Below, piece after piece: positions 1-10,454 of a stretch of DNA of 64,000 bases; positions within the stretch are counted from its first letter, which is position 1, and every line of letters begins with the position of its first letter. This DNA is from an uncultured cyanobacterium (GTDB lineage Bacteria; Cyanobacteriota; Cyanobacteriia; Cyanobacteriales; Microcystaceae): contig CAWEDJ010000073.1 in assembly GCA_963807635.1 (NCBI GenBank), positions 64,001-128,000 of the forward strand, in the 5' to 3' direction. The notes beneath the pieces were generated by a model. The model made no database searches and was not told the origin of the DNA. It saw only the letters and a list, made by a program, of their open reading frames with translations. Position numbers and translations under genes: made by a program.

Positions 1-300
1 TTGGGTCGTCCCTACTGGGGATTACCGATTCAATTGATCATTATCACCACCGATTTGTCCAAAACAGAAATCGAAGAATGGGAAAAAGAGCTACGCACTC
101 ACCCCAATTTGCAAACGGTTCCCTTGATTGCTTTTAGTGTTAAGGCAGGGAGTGGTTTGCCCTGGTTGGGTCGTTCGGTGGAGATCGCAGATTATATTTT
201 GCCTCCGTTTAATGGGGTTTCTCTGATTCGTCATTTGAATCGTTTAAATAAAATGCGGGAACCTCATCAAAAATCTCAAATTTTCTGGTTTCCTAAATAA
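1..300 (+). CDS. 3' end of a protein ending in a degenerate receiver (REC)-like domain, 5'-truncated by window edge
   Basis: LRTHPNLQTVPLIAFS...ADYILPPF resembles REC C-terminal half (normally ...IPII.LT...ADYI.KPF); conserved Lys is replaced by Pro. Confidence 0.5.
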   Translation: MGRPYWGLPIQLIIITTDLSKTEIEEWEKELRTHPNLQTVPLIAFSVKAGSGLPWLGRSVEIADYILPPFNGVSLIRHLNRLNKMREPHQKSQIFWFPK

Positions 301-373
301 TCTATCTCTTAAAACGCGATCGCCGTAATGATTATGATGCGATTGAAAGGTTAACTAATCTTCTGGAAACTGA

Positions 374-475
374 TAAGCTGTCACAAATTTAGATTGCATC
401 ATGATTTTGTTGAAAGTCTTGTAACAAGGGGCTTAAGCCCCTTGCCTGTATGTGTTTTAGATGATTAACAGCTTA
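374..475. mobile_element. MITE-like element with imperfect terminal inverted repeats and internal perfect palindrome
   Basis: Ends TAAGCTGT...ACAGCTTA; internal CAAGGGGCTTAAGCCCCTTG at 425-444; a related partial copy lies at 28167-28240. Confidence 0.55.
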
Positions 476-574
476 AGTTGAATGATAATGAGAAATTCTA
501 AAAGATTTTCTTTTGTTAAAAAGTTCGATGACTGAAGTTATGATGATTGAGAATTAGGGATGTTACTTAAAAAA

Positions 575-805
575 TTAAGCCATTATTTTAGTTTTTTCTT
601 GACTATAAGAAGTTACTAGTGTTATCTGTTCTCTTTTTAAAGATTCTAGGGAAGTCATTTCTCCCTTTTCATTAGAAAATTCAACTAAAAACACTCCTGA
701 CTCAGATATATCTACTACCGTTCCAGTTTCTCCCTTATTTAACCTTAATTCTGGCAAATCTTGGGTTAAAGCGACAATATCAATTTCGTTAATACTTTTG
801 TTCAT
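575..805 (-). CDS. DUF4926 domain-containing protein
   Basis: E.DIVALT.DLP...L..GE.GTVV......FLVEFS...G pattern; follows a DUF6883-like gene. Confidence 0.8.
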   Translation of the reverse strand: MNKSINEIDIVALTQDLPELRLNKGETGTVVDISESGVFLVEFSNEKGEMTSLESLKREQITLVTSYSQEKTKIMA

Positions 806-852
806 TGATTAAGATCCTATTTATCCTAAACGATAATTTATTATAACATATT

Positions 853-1188
853 TTATTCATTGATATAACAAGTTACTAAACGAGGGAAATCTTCGTCTTT
901 TCTAATAATCCAAACACTTTTTATAATCTCCGTTTTATTATTTCTAGTCATGGGAAATAAAATAATGTATAGATCACCATTAGCTGTGTGTTTTTGAAAT
1001 TCTGCTTCATAACTAATTATTGCGTGGAGTAGTGCGTTTCTTAGTTCACCTGAGTTTTCAGCCGTTAATCCCAAGGCTGCACGAAATACACGGGCTTTAT
1101 GTTTACCATCTTTATGTTCTAAATTTAAGCAATATCCTGATAATTTAGATTCAGAAATAATTGCTTTTTGAAAGTTGGGTAGTTTCAT
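853..1188 (-). CDS. DUF6883 domain-containing protein (putative toxin-like)
   Basis: MKLPN...A.I...KL..YCLN.EH.DGKHKARVF..ALG...W......PRLVTCY pattern. Confidence 0.75.
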   Translation of the reverse strand: MKLPNFQKAIISESKLSGYCLNLEHKDGKHKARVFRAALGLTAENSGELRNALLHAIISYEAEFQKHTANGDLYIILFPMTRNNKTEIIKSVWIIRKDEDFPRLVTCYINE

Positions 1189-1400
1189 TTATTCTAATCT
1201 TACCTTGTTTGAATTATCTGATAGATCATCTGTTATTAGCTTTAATTTCTTATTTAATCCTAAAAATTTAAGCATAAGTTTTATTTTGATTGCTATAATG
1301 AGAGCAGTTAATTTAAACAACGAGATAAAAAAAAAGACAGATCCCGTCACAATCTTAACCGCCAGCGCGATATTGACCATCTTTGTTGATTTTATTTGTG

Positions 1401-1493
1401 TTAATCGCGTTTTATTGAATTTAGAAAGTGCGATCACTTTTTATTGAGTTTAGGAAGTGGCGATCGCCGTTTAGAATAGAGGGAAAGGATCGT
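1401..1493. repeat. Tandem HIP1-bounded ~29-30 bp repeat units
   Basis: HIP1-like octamers at 1401, 1430, 1460 and 1486 separated by TTTTATTGA(A/G)TTTAG(A/G)AAGT-type spacers. Confidence 0.8.
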
Positions 1494-1550
1494 TAACAAT
1501 AATTCCTCATCTCAGCTAAACTAAAATAATAACCTCGTATAGCGAATACT

Positions 1551-1772
1551 ATGTTAACCCTAGATGAAATTGAAACCGCCATTCGCCAACTACCTGAACA
1601 CTCTATCCGAGAACTTACTCATCGCTTATCTGATTACCTAGAAGATAAATGGGATCAACAACTCGAATCCGATTTAGCATCAGGCAAACTAGATAATCTT
1701 ATCGCCAAAGCTGAAAAGGCGATCGCTAATAATCAAGTCAAAAAACTCGATGAAATCCTTTACAACTCCTGA
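1551..1772 (+). CDS. Putative type II antitoxin, partner of the ParE/RelE-like toxin
   Basis: IE.AIRQL...WD.QLE.D...GKLD.LI motif; overlaps the downstream toxin start; paralog of 2297-2497. Confidence 0.7.
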   Translation: MLTLDEIETAIRQLPEHSIRELTHRLSDYLEDKWDQQLESDLASGKLDNLIAKAEKAIANNQVKKLDEILYNS

Positions 1773-2007
1773 CTTTTGGCGAACCTATTCAGTTCTTCCT
1801 TTACCCGTTAAAAAACAAGCTCAAAAAGCCTATCAAATTTGGCTAAATAATCAATCTTATCCGTCTAAAAAAGTAGGAAAAAATCTGTGGTCGGCTCGAA
1901 TTACCCGCGATTATCGCGCTTTAGCTCTCAAACGGGGCGATGATTATTACTGGATCTGGATTGGCACTCACAATGAATATGAGATATTTCTTAAATCTGA
2001 AGACTAG
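1750..2007 (+). CDS. ParE/RelE-superfamily toxin-like protein
   Basis: FW..Y..LP...KKVG..WSARI..DYRALA......WIWIGTH.EYE signature. Confidence 0.75.
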   Translation: MKSFTTPDFWRTYSVLPLPVKKQAQKAYQIWLNNQSYPSKKVGKNLWSARITRDYRALALKRGDDYYWIWIGTHNEYEIFLKSED

Positions 2008-2044
2008 ATGATCGCGTTTTTATTGAGTTTGGGAAGGCGATCGC
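2008..2044. repeat. HIP1-bounded repeat unit filling the gap between two convergent toxin genes
   Basis: ATGATCGC-GTTTTTATTGAGTTTGGGAAG-GCGATCGC. Confidence 0.8.
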
Positions 2045-2296
2045 TTATTTTAACAATCTTTCATATTCCTCATGACTTCCTATCCAAACCCAAATATAAT
2101 CTTCGCCATCTTTAAAAGCTAAAGCTCGATAATTAATACCAACTCTTGCAGACCAAAACTTTCCAACTTTTTTAAAAGATAAAGAAGGATGATTTAGATC
2201 ATTTTTTAACAATTCAAAATTCTTCCTAGCCAATATCTGAATTGGTTTAGGTAACTGATTAAAACACTGCCAAAATCTTTGATTCGTTCGATGCAC
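2045..2296 (-). CDS. ParE/RelE-superfamily toxin-like protein (second paralog)
   Basis: FW.CF..LP...HPSLSFKKVG.FWSARVG..YRALA...WVWIGSHEEYE; GTG start abuts the antitoxin stop. Confidence 0.75.
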   Translation of the reverse strand: MHRTNQRFWQCFNQLPKPIQILARKNFELLKNDLNHPSLSFKKVGKFWSARVGINYRALAFKDGEDYIWVWIGSHEEYERLLK

Positions 2297-2497
2297 TTAC
2301 AACTTCTTTAACTGACCCTTACTTTTTTCCAATAAAGATTCCTCAATCAAAAAATCAAGCCTTCCTGAATTAGAATCTTCCTCAATTTGATTTTCCCATT
2401 GTTGCGTCTCTAATTCATTAATCCAATTTTTTAAATAGGTAAATTCATCATCTGTAAGAGTTTCAATTTCTGTTTGAATTAATTGTAACTTTGTCAT
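2297..2497 (-). CDS. Putative type II antitoxin
   Basis: IQ.EIE.L...WE.QIE.D...GRLD.LI motif; directly upstream of the toxin. Confidence 0.7.
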   Translation of the reverse strand: MTKLQLIQTEIETLTDDEFTYLKNWINELETQQWENQIEEDSNSGRLDFLIEESLLEKSKGQLKKL

Positions 2498-2633
2498 ATT
2501 AGTGATCCCTGTAATAACAATTTATTTCTTATTTTATCATTTTTTCTATAATAATTCGTATCATGTAACAGATCGCTTTAGAATCACTTTTTGAAGAGAG
2601 TTAAAGGAAGGTTCTTTTTAGGGTAGTTTAAGG

Positions 2634-2726
2634 AATAATCGCTGTTTTGAAAAGAGAGAGGGATCACGTATTTGATGAAGTTTGAAGTAGCGATCGCGTT
2701 TTATTGAATTTAGAGAGTGCGATCGC
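2634..2726. repeat. Tandem HIP1-bounded repeat units immediately after the lpxC stop
   Basis: HIP1 at 2690-2697 and 2719-2726 plus degenerate copies upstream; 2693-2726 matches 1404-1437 at 32/34 nt. Confidence 0.8.
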
Positions 2727-3551
2727 TTAGGGTAACAGAGCAATCTTTTGAGCCAGTTGGGTATGGAGTTTATGACTTGCTTTGTAGGCCAGATAATGAG
2801 CCTGGGGAATTTTTCCCAGCAGACTTAAATCCCCGATTAAATCCAATAATTTATGACGCACAGGTTCGTTCTCAAAACGCAGAGGAGGATTAAGCCATTT
2901 TTCGCGATCGCAGACCAAGGCATTTTCTAAACTTCCGCCTTTAATTAATCCCATGTTCTGTAACTGTTCAATTTGATCAGCAAATCCAAAGGTACGAGCA
3001 GGCGCGATCGCATCTTTAAATTCTTCAACCTGGGGATTCCAGCTATACCATTGACGACCAATCGGCTGATAGGGATAATCCACACCATAGGAGAATAAGG
3101 TATGGGGTGAAGGTAAAGCCGCCACAAACATATCTCCTTCTTGATACCAAATCGGTTCAGCGATCTGTTTTTCAGTAACTAAATCACTGTTAAAAGATTC
3201 AACTCCTGCCGATGCGATCGCCTCCATCCAAATTTTCGCAGAACCATCCAACAGGGGAACTTCAGGGCCATCAATTTCAATCCGTGCTTCATCAATCCCA
3301 CTCATCACCAAAGCCGCTAAAAGATGTTCAACCGTGCGGACTTTTGCTTCTCCCTCTCCCAACTCCGTAGAAAGCATCGCCTCCTGAACAATTGCCAAAC
3401 TAGCAGCAATAATTGGGGAATCTGGCAAATCCGTCCGCACAAAAAATCGCCCTTTTCCCAATTGGGTCGGTAAAACACTCACCTCAGTTTCTACCCCAGA
3501 ATGTAAACCAACCCCTTGAATCGTAAAACTCTTTTTGAGCGTCTGCTTCAT
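2727..3551 (-). CDS. lpxC: UDP-3-O-acyl-N-acetylglucosamine deacetylase
   Basis: [39 protein letters not shown] motifs. Confidence 0.97.
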   Translation of the reverse strand: MKQTLKKSFTIQGVGLHSGVETEVSVLPTQLGKGRFFVRTDLPDSPIIAASLAIVQEAMLSTELGEGEAKVRTVEHLLAALVMSGIDEARIEIDGPEVPLLDGSAKIWMEAIASAGVESFNSDLVTEKQIAEPIWYQEGDMFVAALPSPHTLFSYGVDYPYQPIGRQWYSWNPQVEEFKDAIAPARTFGFADQIEQLQNMGLIKGGSLENALVCDREKWLNPPLRFENEPVRHKLLDLIGDLSLLGKIPQAHYLAYKASHKLHTQLAQKIALLP

Positions 3552-5857
3552 CTAAAATTTCTCCCCAATCCCAAAATTGACCCGCGATCCGCCTTGTTCA
3601 TTAATCCCGTAATCAATGCGAATAGGGCCAACAGGAGATTGGATCCGTACCCCAATCCCATAACCGTAGCCCTGACCAGGTAACCCGCGAATAATCGAGG
3701 GAATGCCTGGCACAGCGTCATCCGAGCCTAAAGTCGAACCGTAGTCAAAAAAGAGTGCGCCGCCCACAGCCGAAATAATGGGAAAACGGTATTCAGCCGT
3801 TGCTTGGACATAGCTACGTCCACTGCCCACATCTCCCTCGGCATAACCCCGCACCGAGTTACTTCCGCCGATAATAAAGGCTTCATAGGGAGGCAAATCT
3901 CCTAAAACAGTTCCTGCTTGGAGGTTAAAAGCCAAGGCCTGGGCTGGGTGCTTTCCGTAAAACCAAAACTGGTTAAATCTAGCCAATTCACAGGAAGATA
4001 ATAGCTATAACTCCCCCGTAAGCGGTTAAAGAGAATACTACCCGAACCAATGGGAGCCGTTTGCTCCATCCCAAAACGAATTACCGAACCACTGGTGGGT
4101 TGCAACGGACTATTACGGGTATCCTGGGATGCGCCTACCGAGAAAATCCACAAATCATCAACCCCACTGGGACTAAAAGCTAGATTTTGGGAGCCATAGC
4201 CATTGAGGGGAGCCGACAAGGGAGCAATATCGCCATCTCCGTCAGTCAGTTCCACGTGTTGGTAGGTAAAGCCCGCCGACAATCGCCAATCGGGAGCGGT
4301 AAAGATATCGGGAGCGAGGGGACGGAAAAAAGTAACCCCTAAACCAGTCCGAACGACTCTAGGACTATCCAGATTATCTAGGGTTCTAATGGAAGACTCA
4401 TTTCCGTCGTAAACCAGGGTAATGGTACGACGACGGAAACCGTTGACTGTATAGGCGGTGCGATAGGGGTCTCCCGCAATCCAAGGATCGGTGAAATTGA
4501 CATCAAATAATAATTCCCGTTGTCCCACCTGCAATTCCGTTCCAAAGGTTTGGGCATTTCCTCCCAAATTCTTTTCTTGATAACTTAGGGTGGCAAAGAG
4601 TCCACTGGTGCTACTGACCCCGCCCCCTGCCGCGATGGAACCCGTATTGCCTTCAACCACATCTACATTGACAATCACTTCCCTGGGATCTGTCCGAGGA
4701 TTAAAGGAAAAACGAGCATCCTCAAATAAACCTAAGCCATAGATTCGTTGTAAATCTCTTTGGGCTGTATTGCGGTTAAAAACGTCCCCAGGCTTCAATT
4801 GCATTTCACGGGTGACGATAAACTCACGGGTTCTGCCTGTTGCGGGTTCATCGTCTGCATTAAAAAAGCGGACTTGGATATTTTCCACAACCCCTTCGGA
4901 AATGACAAGCGTAACCTTGCCGTCTTCTCCGACCTTGGGCGCACCAACAACCTGGGCTAGGTCATAACCATTAGAGGAGTACCATTCATTAATTTTTTTG
5001 ATACCTTCTTGCAATTCTCTCAGGTTCAGGATTTTACCGTATTGTTCAGAAAAAGTTGTCTTGAGGATATCATCGGGTAAAACTTTGGCTTTATCGGTGG
5101 CAGGAACGGTTTCAATCACGACGGATTGGAGGACGGGGTTGGGTTGAACCGCAAAGGTGACTCGGACTCCGAGGGGGGTATCTTCGGGGCTAACTTTGAC
5201 ATTGCCAAAATAACCTGTGGCGTAAATGGCGTTGACATCTTCCTGTAATTGCGATCGCGTCGCTGTCCGTCCAGGTTTGGTACTAACGGTGTTATAGACT
5301 AATTTTTCGAGTTCTGGGGTCGCTCCACTGACAACAACTTCACTGACCAAGACACGAGCCTCCGTTGTTGCATCGGGTTGGGCGGACTCATTGGGCGGAG
5401 TGGTGGTAGGAGAAGAGTCGAAGGAAGGGAGTTGTTGAGACGGTTGTTCTGTCGGGATTGGCGTATCGGTTGCAGGAATAGGCGTTGCTTCGGGAGTTGG
5501 TGTCTCGCTTGCAGGAATAGGAGCGGATGCTGGTGGGGATGTTTCGCTTGCAGGGGAAGGCGTTGCTTCGGGGGTTGGTGTCTCGCTTGCAGGAACAGCT
5601 TCTGGAGTCGGTGTTGCTTCTTGAGCCAACAGGAGATTAGGACTAAAAAAATTGGTGGTTGTAGGAAACTTTTTCGCGTTTATCGGGTCAAAATTAATGG
5701 ATATCGATTTAAAGGGAAAGATGTCTCTACTGGCTGATTGAGGAGAATGAGACTCCGTTGCTCCCTTGGCAATAGTTGGCACAAGTACCAAGCTAGTTGT
5801 CATCAATAGCAGGCTGAATAATGGAGAGATATACACGTTTTTATTGTTGTTTAACAC
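3552..5857 (-). CDS. bamA: BamA/Omp85 outer-membrane assembly factor (one apparent frameshift near 3940)
   Basis: Pro/Thr-rich linker, POTRA domains, VRGY motif and C-terminal GIGEKF, split over ORFs 3902-5857 and 3552-3986. Confidence 0.92.
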
Positions 5858-6029
5858 GTCCTAACACCCAATCAAGCAATAAAGTGAGCAAATGTAAATT
5901 AACTGTCTATCAAGGTACTATGGTTTGACGATCGCCCCACAGAATTATCCTTAGATCAAAGCGTGACTAAAGTACAGTTCTTGTCTTCAGTCTTGACTTT
6001 TTCCGAAATAGAATGTTCCTGATTTAGAT

Positions 6030-6770
6030 TTAGACGGAAACCTGGGCGATTTGTTCTAAGACTCGTTTTTGTACCTGTTGATAGGCCGATTCAACTTGGC
6101 CAAGATCTCGTCGGAAGCGGTCTTTATCTAAAACTCTGGCTTGGGGATCGGTCTGGGCTTGATCCCATAATCGACAGGTATCTGGACTAATTTCATCGGC
6201 GAGCAAGATTTGTCCTTGGGAATCTAAGCCAAATTCTAATTTGAAATCCACTAGGGTAATATTACAGCGATTAAAAAAGTCTTTGAGGTATTCGTTAATC
6301 TGTAATGCTTTAGACTGCAATTCTTCCAATTGTTCGACAGTCGCTACTTCTAACACTAAAATGCGATCGCGGGTCAGAAGCGGATCACCGAGCGCATCAT
6401 CTTTTAAATAAAATTCCACTAGGGGAAAGGGTAAAACAGTGCCTTCCGTTAAACCCGTTTGCTTACAAAGACTCCCTGCGGCGATATTTCTGACCACCAC
6501 TTCGAGGGGCAAAATTTTCACCGATTTAACGCGCATCTGGTTCGGGGAAGGCGTATCGAGGTAATGGGTGGCAATTCCCAAGGATTCTAACCAACGAAAC
6601 AAAGCGGCAGAAATCGCACAATTAATTTCGCCTTTTCCCTGAATTTGTCCGCGTTTCTGGGCATTAAAAGCCGTCGCATCATCTTTAAAAACGGTCAAAA
6701 GAATCTCTGAATCATCAGTCGGATAGAGAATCTTTGCCTTACCTTCGTAGAGTTTTTCCATGAGTCCCAT
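6030..6770 (-). CDS. purC: Phosphoribosylaminoimidazole-succinocarboxamide synthase
   Basis: LYEGKAK, LVDFKLEFG, LADEISPDTCRLWD, LDKDRFRRDLG. Confidence 0.97.
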   Translation of the reverse strand: MGLMEKLYEGKAKILYPTDDSEILLTVFKDDATAFNAQKRGQIQGKGEINCAISAALFRWLESLGIATHYLDTPSPNQMRVKSVKILPLEVVVRNIAAGSLCKQTGLTEGTVLPFPLVEFYLKDDALGDPLLTRDRILVLEVATVEQLEELQSKALQINEYLKDFFNRCNITLVDFKLEFGLDSQGQILLADEISPDTCRLWDQAQTDPQARVLDKDRFRRDLGQVESAYQQVQKRVLEQIAQVSV

Positions 6771-6893
6771 TGAACACAAATTATTGGCTTGACCATCTTA
6801 CCCCACGACCGCAAGGTTATCTGTCTGAGCTAGGGCAGAGAAAGAAGTGACTCTTGATTCCAATTGATCGACAGGATGCAAGATAGTTCATCT

Positions 6894-7214
6894 TTAGCCC
6901 AAATATCCATCAATTAAACCCTTGAGCTTTTCCTTGGTAATCGCCCCTTCATGGGATGCAATTAATTCTTTATTTTTGAAGAAACGAAAGGCAGGAACCC
7001 CTTCTACCTTATATTCACGGGCTTTAAGGGGATTGGGATCAATATTTAATTTGATAACTTTTAAACGATCGCTGTATTCAGTCGCGATCTCTGTAACAGA
7101 AGGAGCCACCAGACGACAGGGGCCACATCAGGTCGCCCAAAAATAAGCCAGAACCAATTTATCCGTTTCTAAAGCGTCTTGAAATTCTGCGTCCGTGATT
7201 TCGAGTAAACTCAT
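6894..7214 (-). CDS. Thioredoxin with an in-frame TGA at the Trp codon of WCGPC
   Basis: Reading from ATG at 7214 gives MSLLEITDAEF...YFWAT*CGPCRLVAP; TGA at 7128-7130, frame otherwise continuous. Confidence 0.85.
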
Positions 7215-7287
7215 GAGAAAATTTTCTTGTGGAATTCTAAACAAACAAAATAAACTATACCAATTAACAGGCCAAAACTAGGCATCT

Positions 7288-7310
7288 GTAGGGGCGCAAG
7301 GCTTACGCCC
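7288..7310 (+). repeat. GTAG-type REP-like palindrome
   Basis: GTAG-GGGCGCAAG-G-CTTACGCCC imperfect hairpin, intergenic. Confidence 0.6.
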
Positions 7311-7385
7311 AAAATCTAAGCTAGATCCAGATGCGCCCAAAACCTAAGCCAAACCCATAAGTTACACACAATCAATCAGATTTTA

Positions 7386-8168
7386 TTAAAGATCATTCAA
7401 CTTACGGCGTAAATCTTCCAATTCAGCATCAATCACCCCATCCGTCGGAGTAGCCGTTTTTGCCGCTTCAATTTGGGGAGTCGCTGGACTAGAAGCAGCA
7501 GGTAACGCACCACCACTCATTTGGGCCTTGAGCATGGCTAATTCATCATCCACATCACTACTCGATTCCAGTTGGGCAAACTGCTGTTCAATGCCATAGC
7601 CCCCTAATTCTCCTACCGCCTGGGAACGGGCTTCTAAATCGAGAACCTTATTTTCCATCCGTTCAAAGGCTCCCATTGCACTGCTGGTATCAATGCCACC
7701 CAGGGTTTTTTGCAATTCTTCGTTGGCTTTAGCCGCTTTTGCCCTGGCTTGGAGCATATTTTTCTTGGTTTTTGCCTCAGAAATTTTTCCTTCTAGGGCG
7801 ACCAAATTACGACGCAAATTCTCAACTTGTCCCGATTGTTGTTCCAATTGGGCTTTCAGGGTTGCGGCCGTATCACTAAAGGTTTTCTTGCGGGTTAGGG
7901 CTTCTTTGGCAAGAGCCTCATCTCCCTTGGTTAAAGCTAATTTAGCTCGTTGTTCCCATTTACCTGCTTCAGTAATATCACTGTTATAACGTTGTTCTGT
8001 TCGCTTTTGTTCTGCAATGGTGCGAGCAACGGCCTGGCGCAATTGAACCAAGTCTTCCTGCATATCAATGACCGCTTGTTCCAGCACTTTTTCTGGATCT
8101 TCGGCTTGACTAACCAGATCGTTTAAATTTGCACGAACAACTCGGCTAAGACGGTCAAATAATCCCAT
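7386..8168 (-). CDS. vipp1: PspA/IM30 family protein (Vipp1 type, with C-terminal extension)
   Basis: MGLFDRLSRVVRANLN...AEDPEKVLEQ; extra C-terminal helix IDAELEDLRRKL after a linker. Confidence 0.9.
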   Translation of the reverse strand: MGLFDRLSRVVRANLNDLVSQAEDPEKVLEQAVIDMQEDLVQLRQAVARTIAEQKRTEQRYNSDITEAGKWEQRAKLALTKGDEALAKEALTRKKTFSDTAATLKAQLEQQSGQVENLRRNLVALEGKISEAKTKKNMLQARAKAAKANEELQKTLGGIDTSSAMGAFERMENKVLDLEARSQAVGELGGYGIEQQFAQLESSSDVDDELAMLKAQMSGGALPAASSPATPQIEAAKTATPTDGVIDAELEDLRRKLNDL

Positions 8169-8537
8169 AATCTTGTCTATCCTTTCAGCATCGTGGGGGT
8201 TGGGTGTAGGCTCTAAGCAAAGGGGAAATCAGACTAAGGATGATAGATTTGTAGCCCCTGCTTAGGCGCGATTACCTTTTAATATAAACTACGCGACGAG
8301 ATTATTTTACCTGGTCAGCAATCAATTTATTGCCGATCGCTGGTTAGCCAAAACTAATCAAAAAAGCAATAACAGAAATAATTATAGTATAATCAGTAGG
8401 CTATACCTGTTTTATGTTAAATGTAAATGTTTTAATTTATTAATTTGCTCCCAGTCCCCATTGGCGTAACGTTTCAGTAACTTGAACTAATCCCCTAGCT
8501 TCATTAATTTACCCCTTATTTATAGCGCGAACACGGA

Positions 8538-10420
<1,883 letters not shown>

Positions 10421-10454
10421 TCAAAAATCAAATTTTTACATACCATACAATCTG

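Noticed and set aside
1175..1447. Overlapping ORFs 1175-1447 (+) and 1189-1437 (-)
   Set aside because: They run through the HIP1 repeat cluster and AT-rich spacer, and show no recognisable motif; probably spurious.
1401..2726. CRISPR array or classical integron attC sites
   Set aside because: Repeats are separated by whole genes or abut each other rather than by uniform spacers; no cas or intI gene; no RYYYAAC...GTTRRRY inverted attC architecture seen.
7128..7130. Selenocysteine or genetic-code-4 recoding
   Set aside because: The UGA is at a Trp, not a Cys, position and TGA terminates other genes here (e.g. aroA, the helicase).
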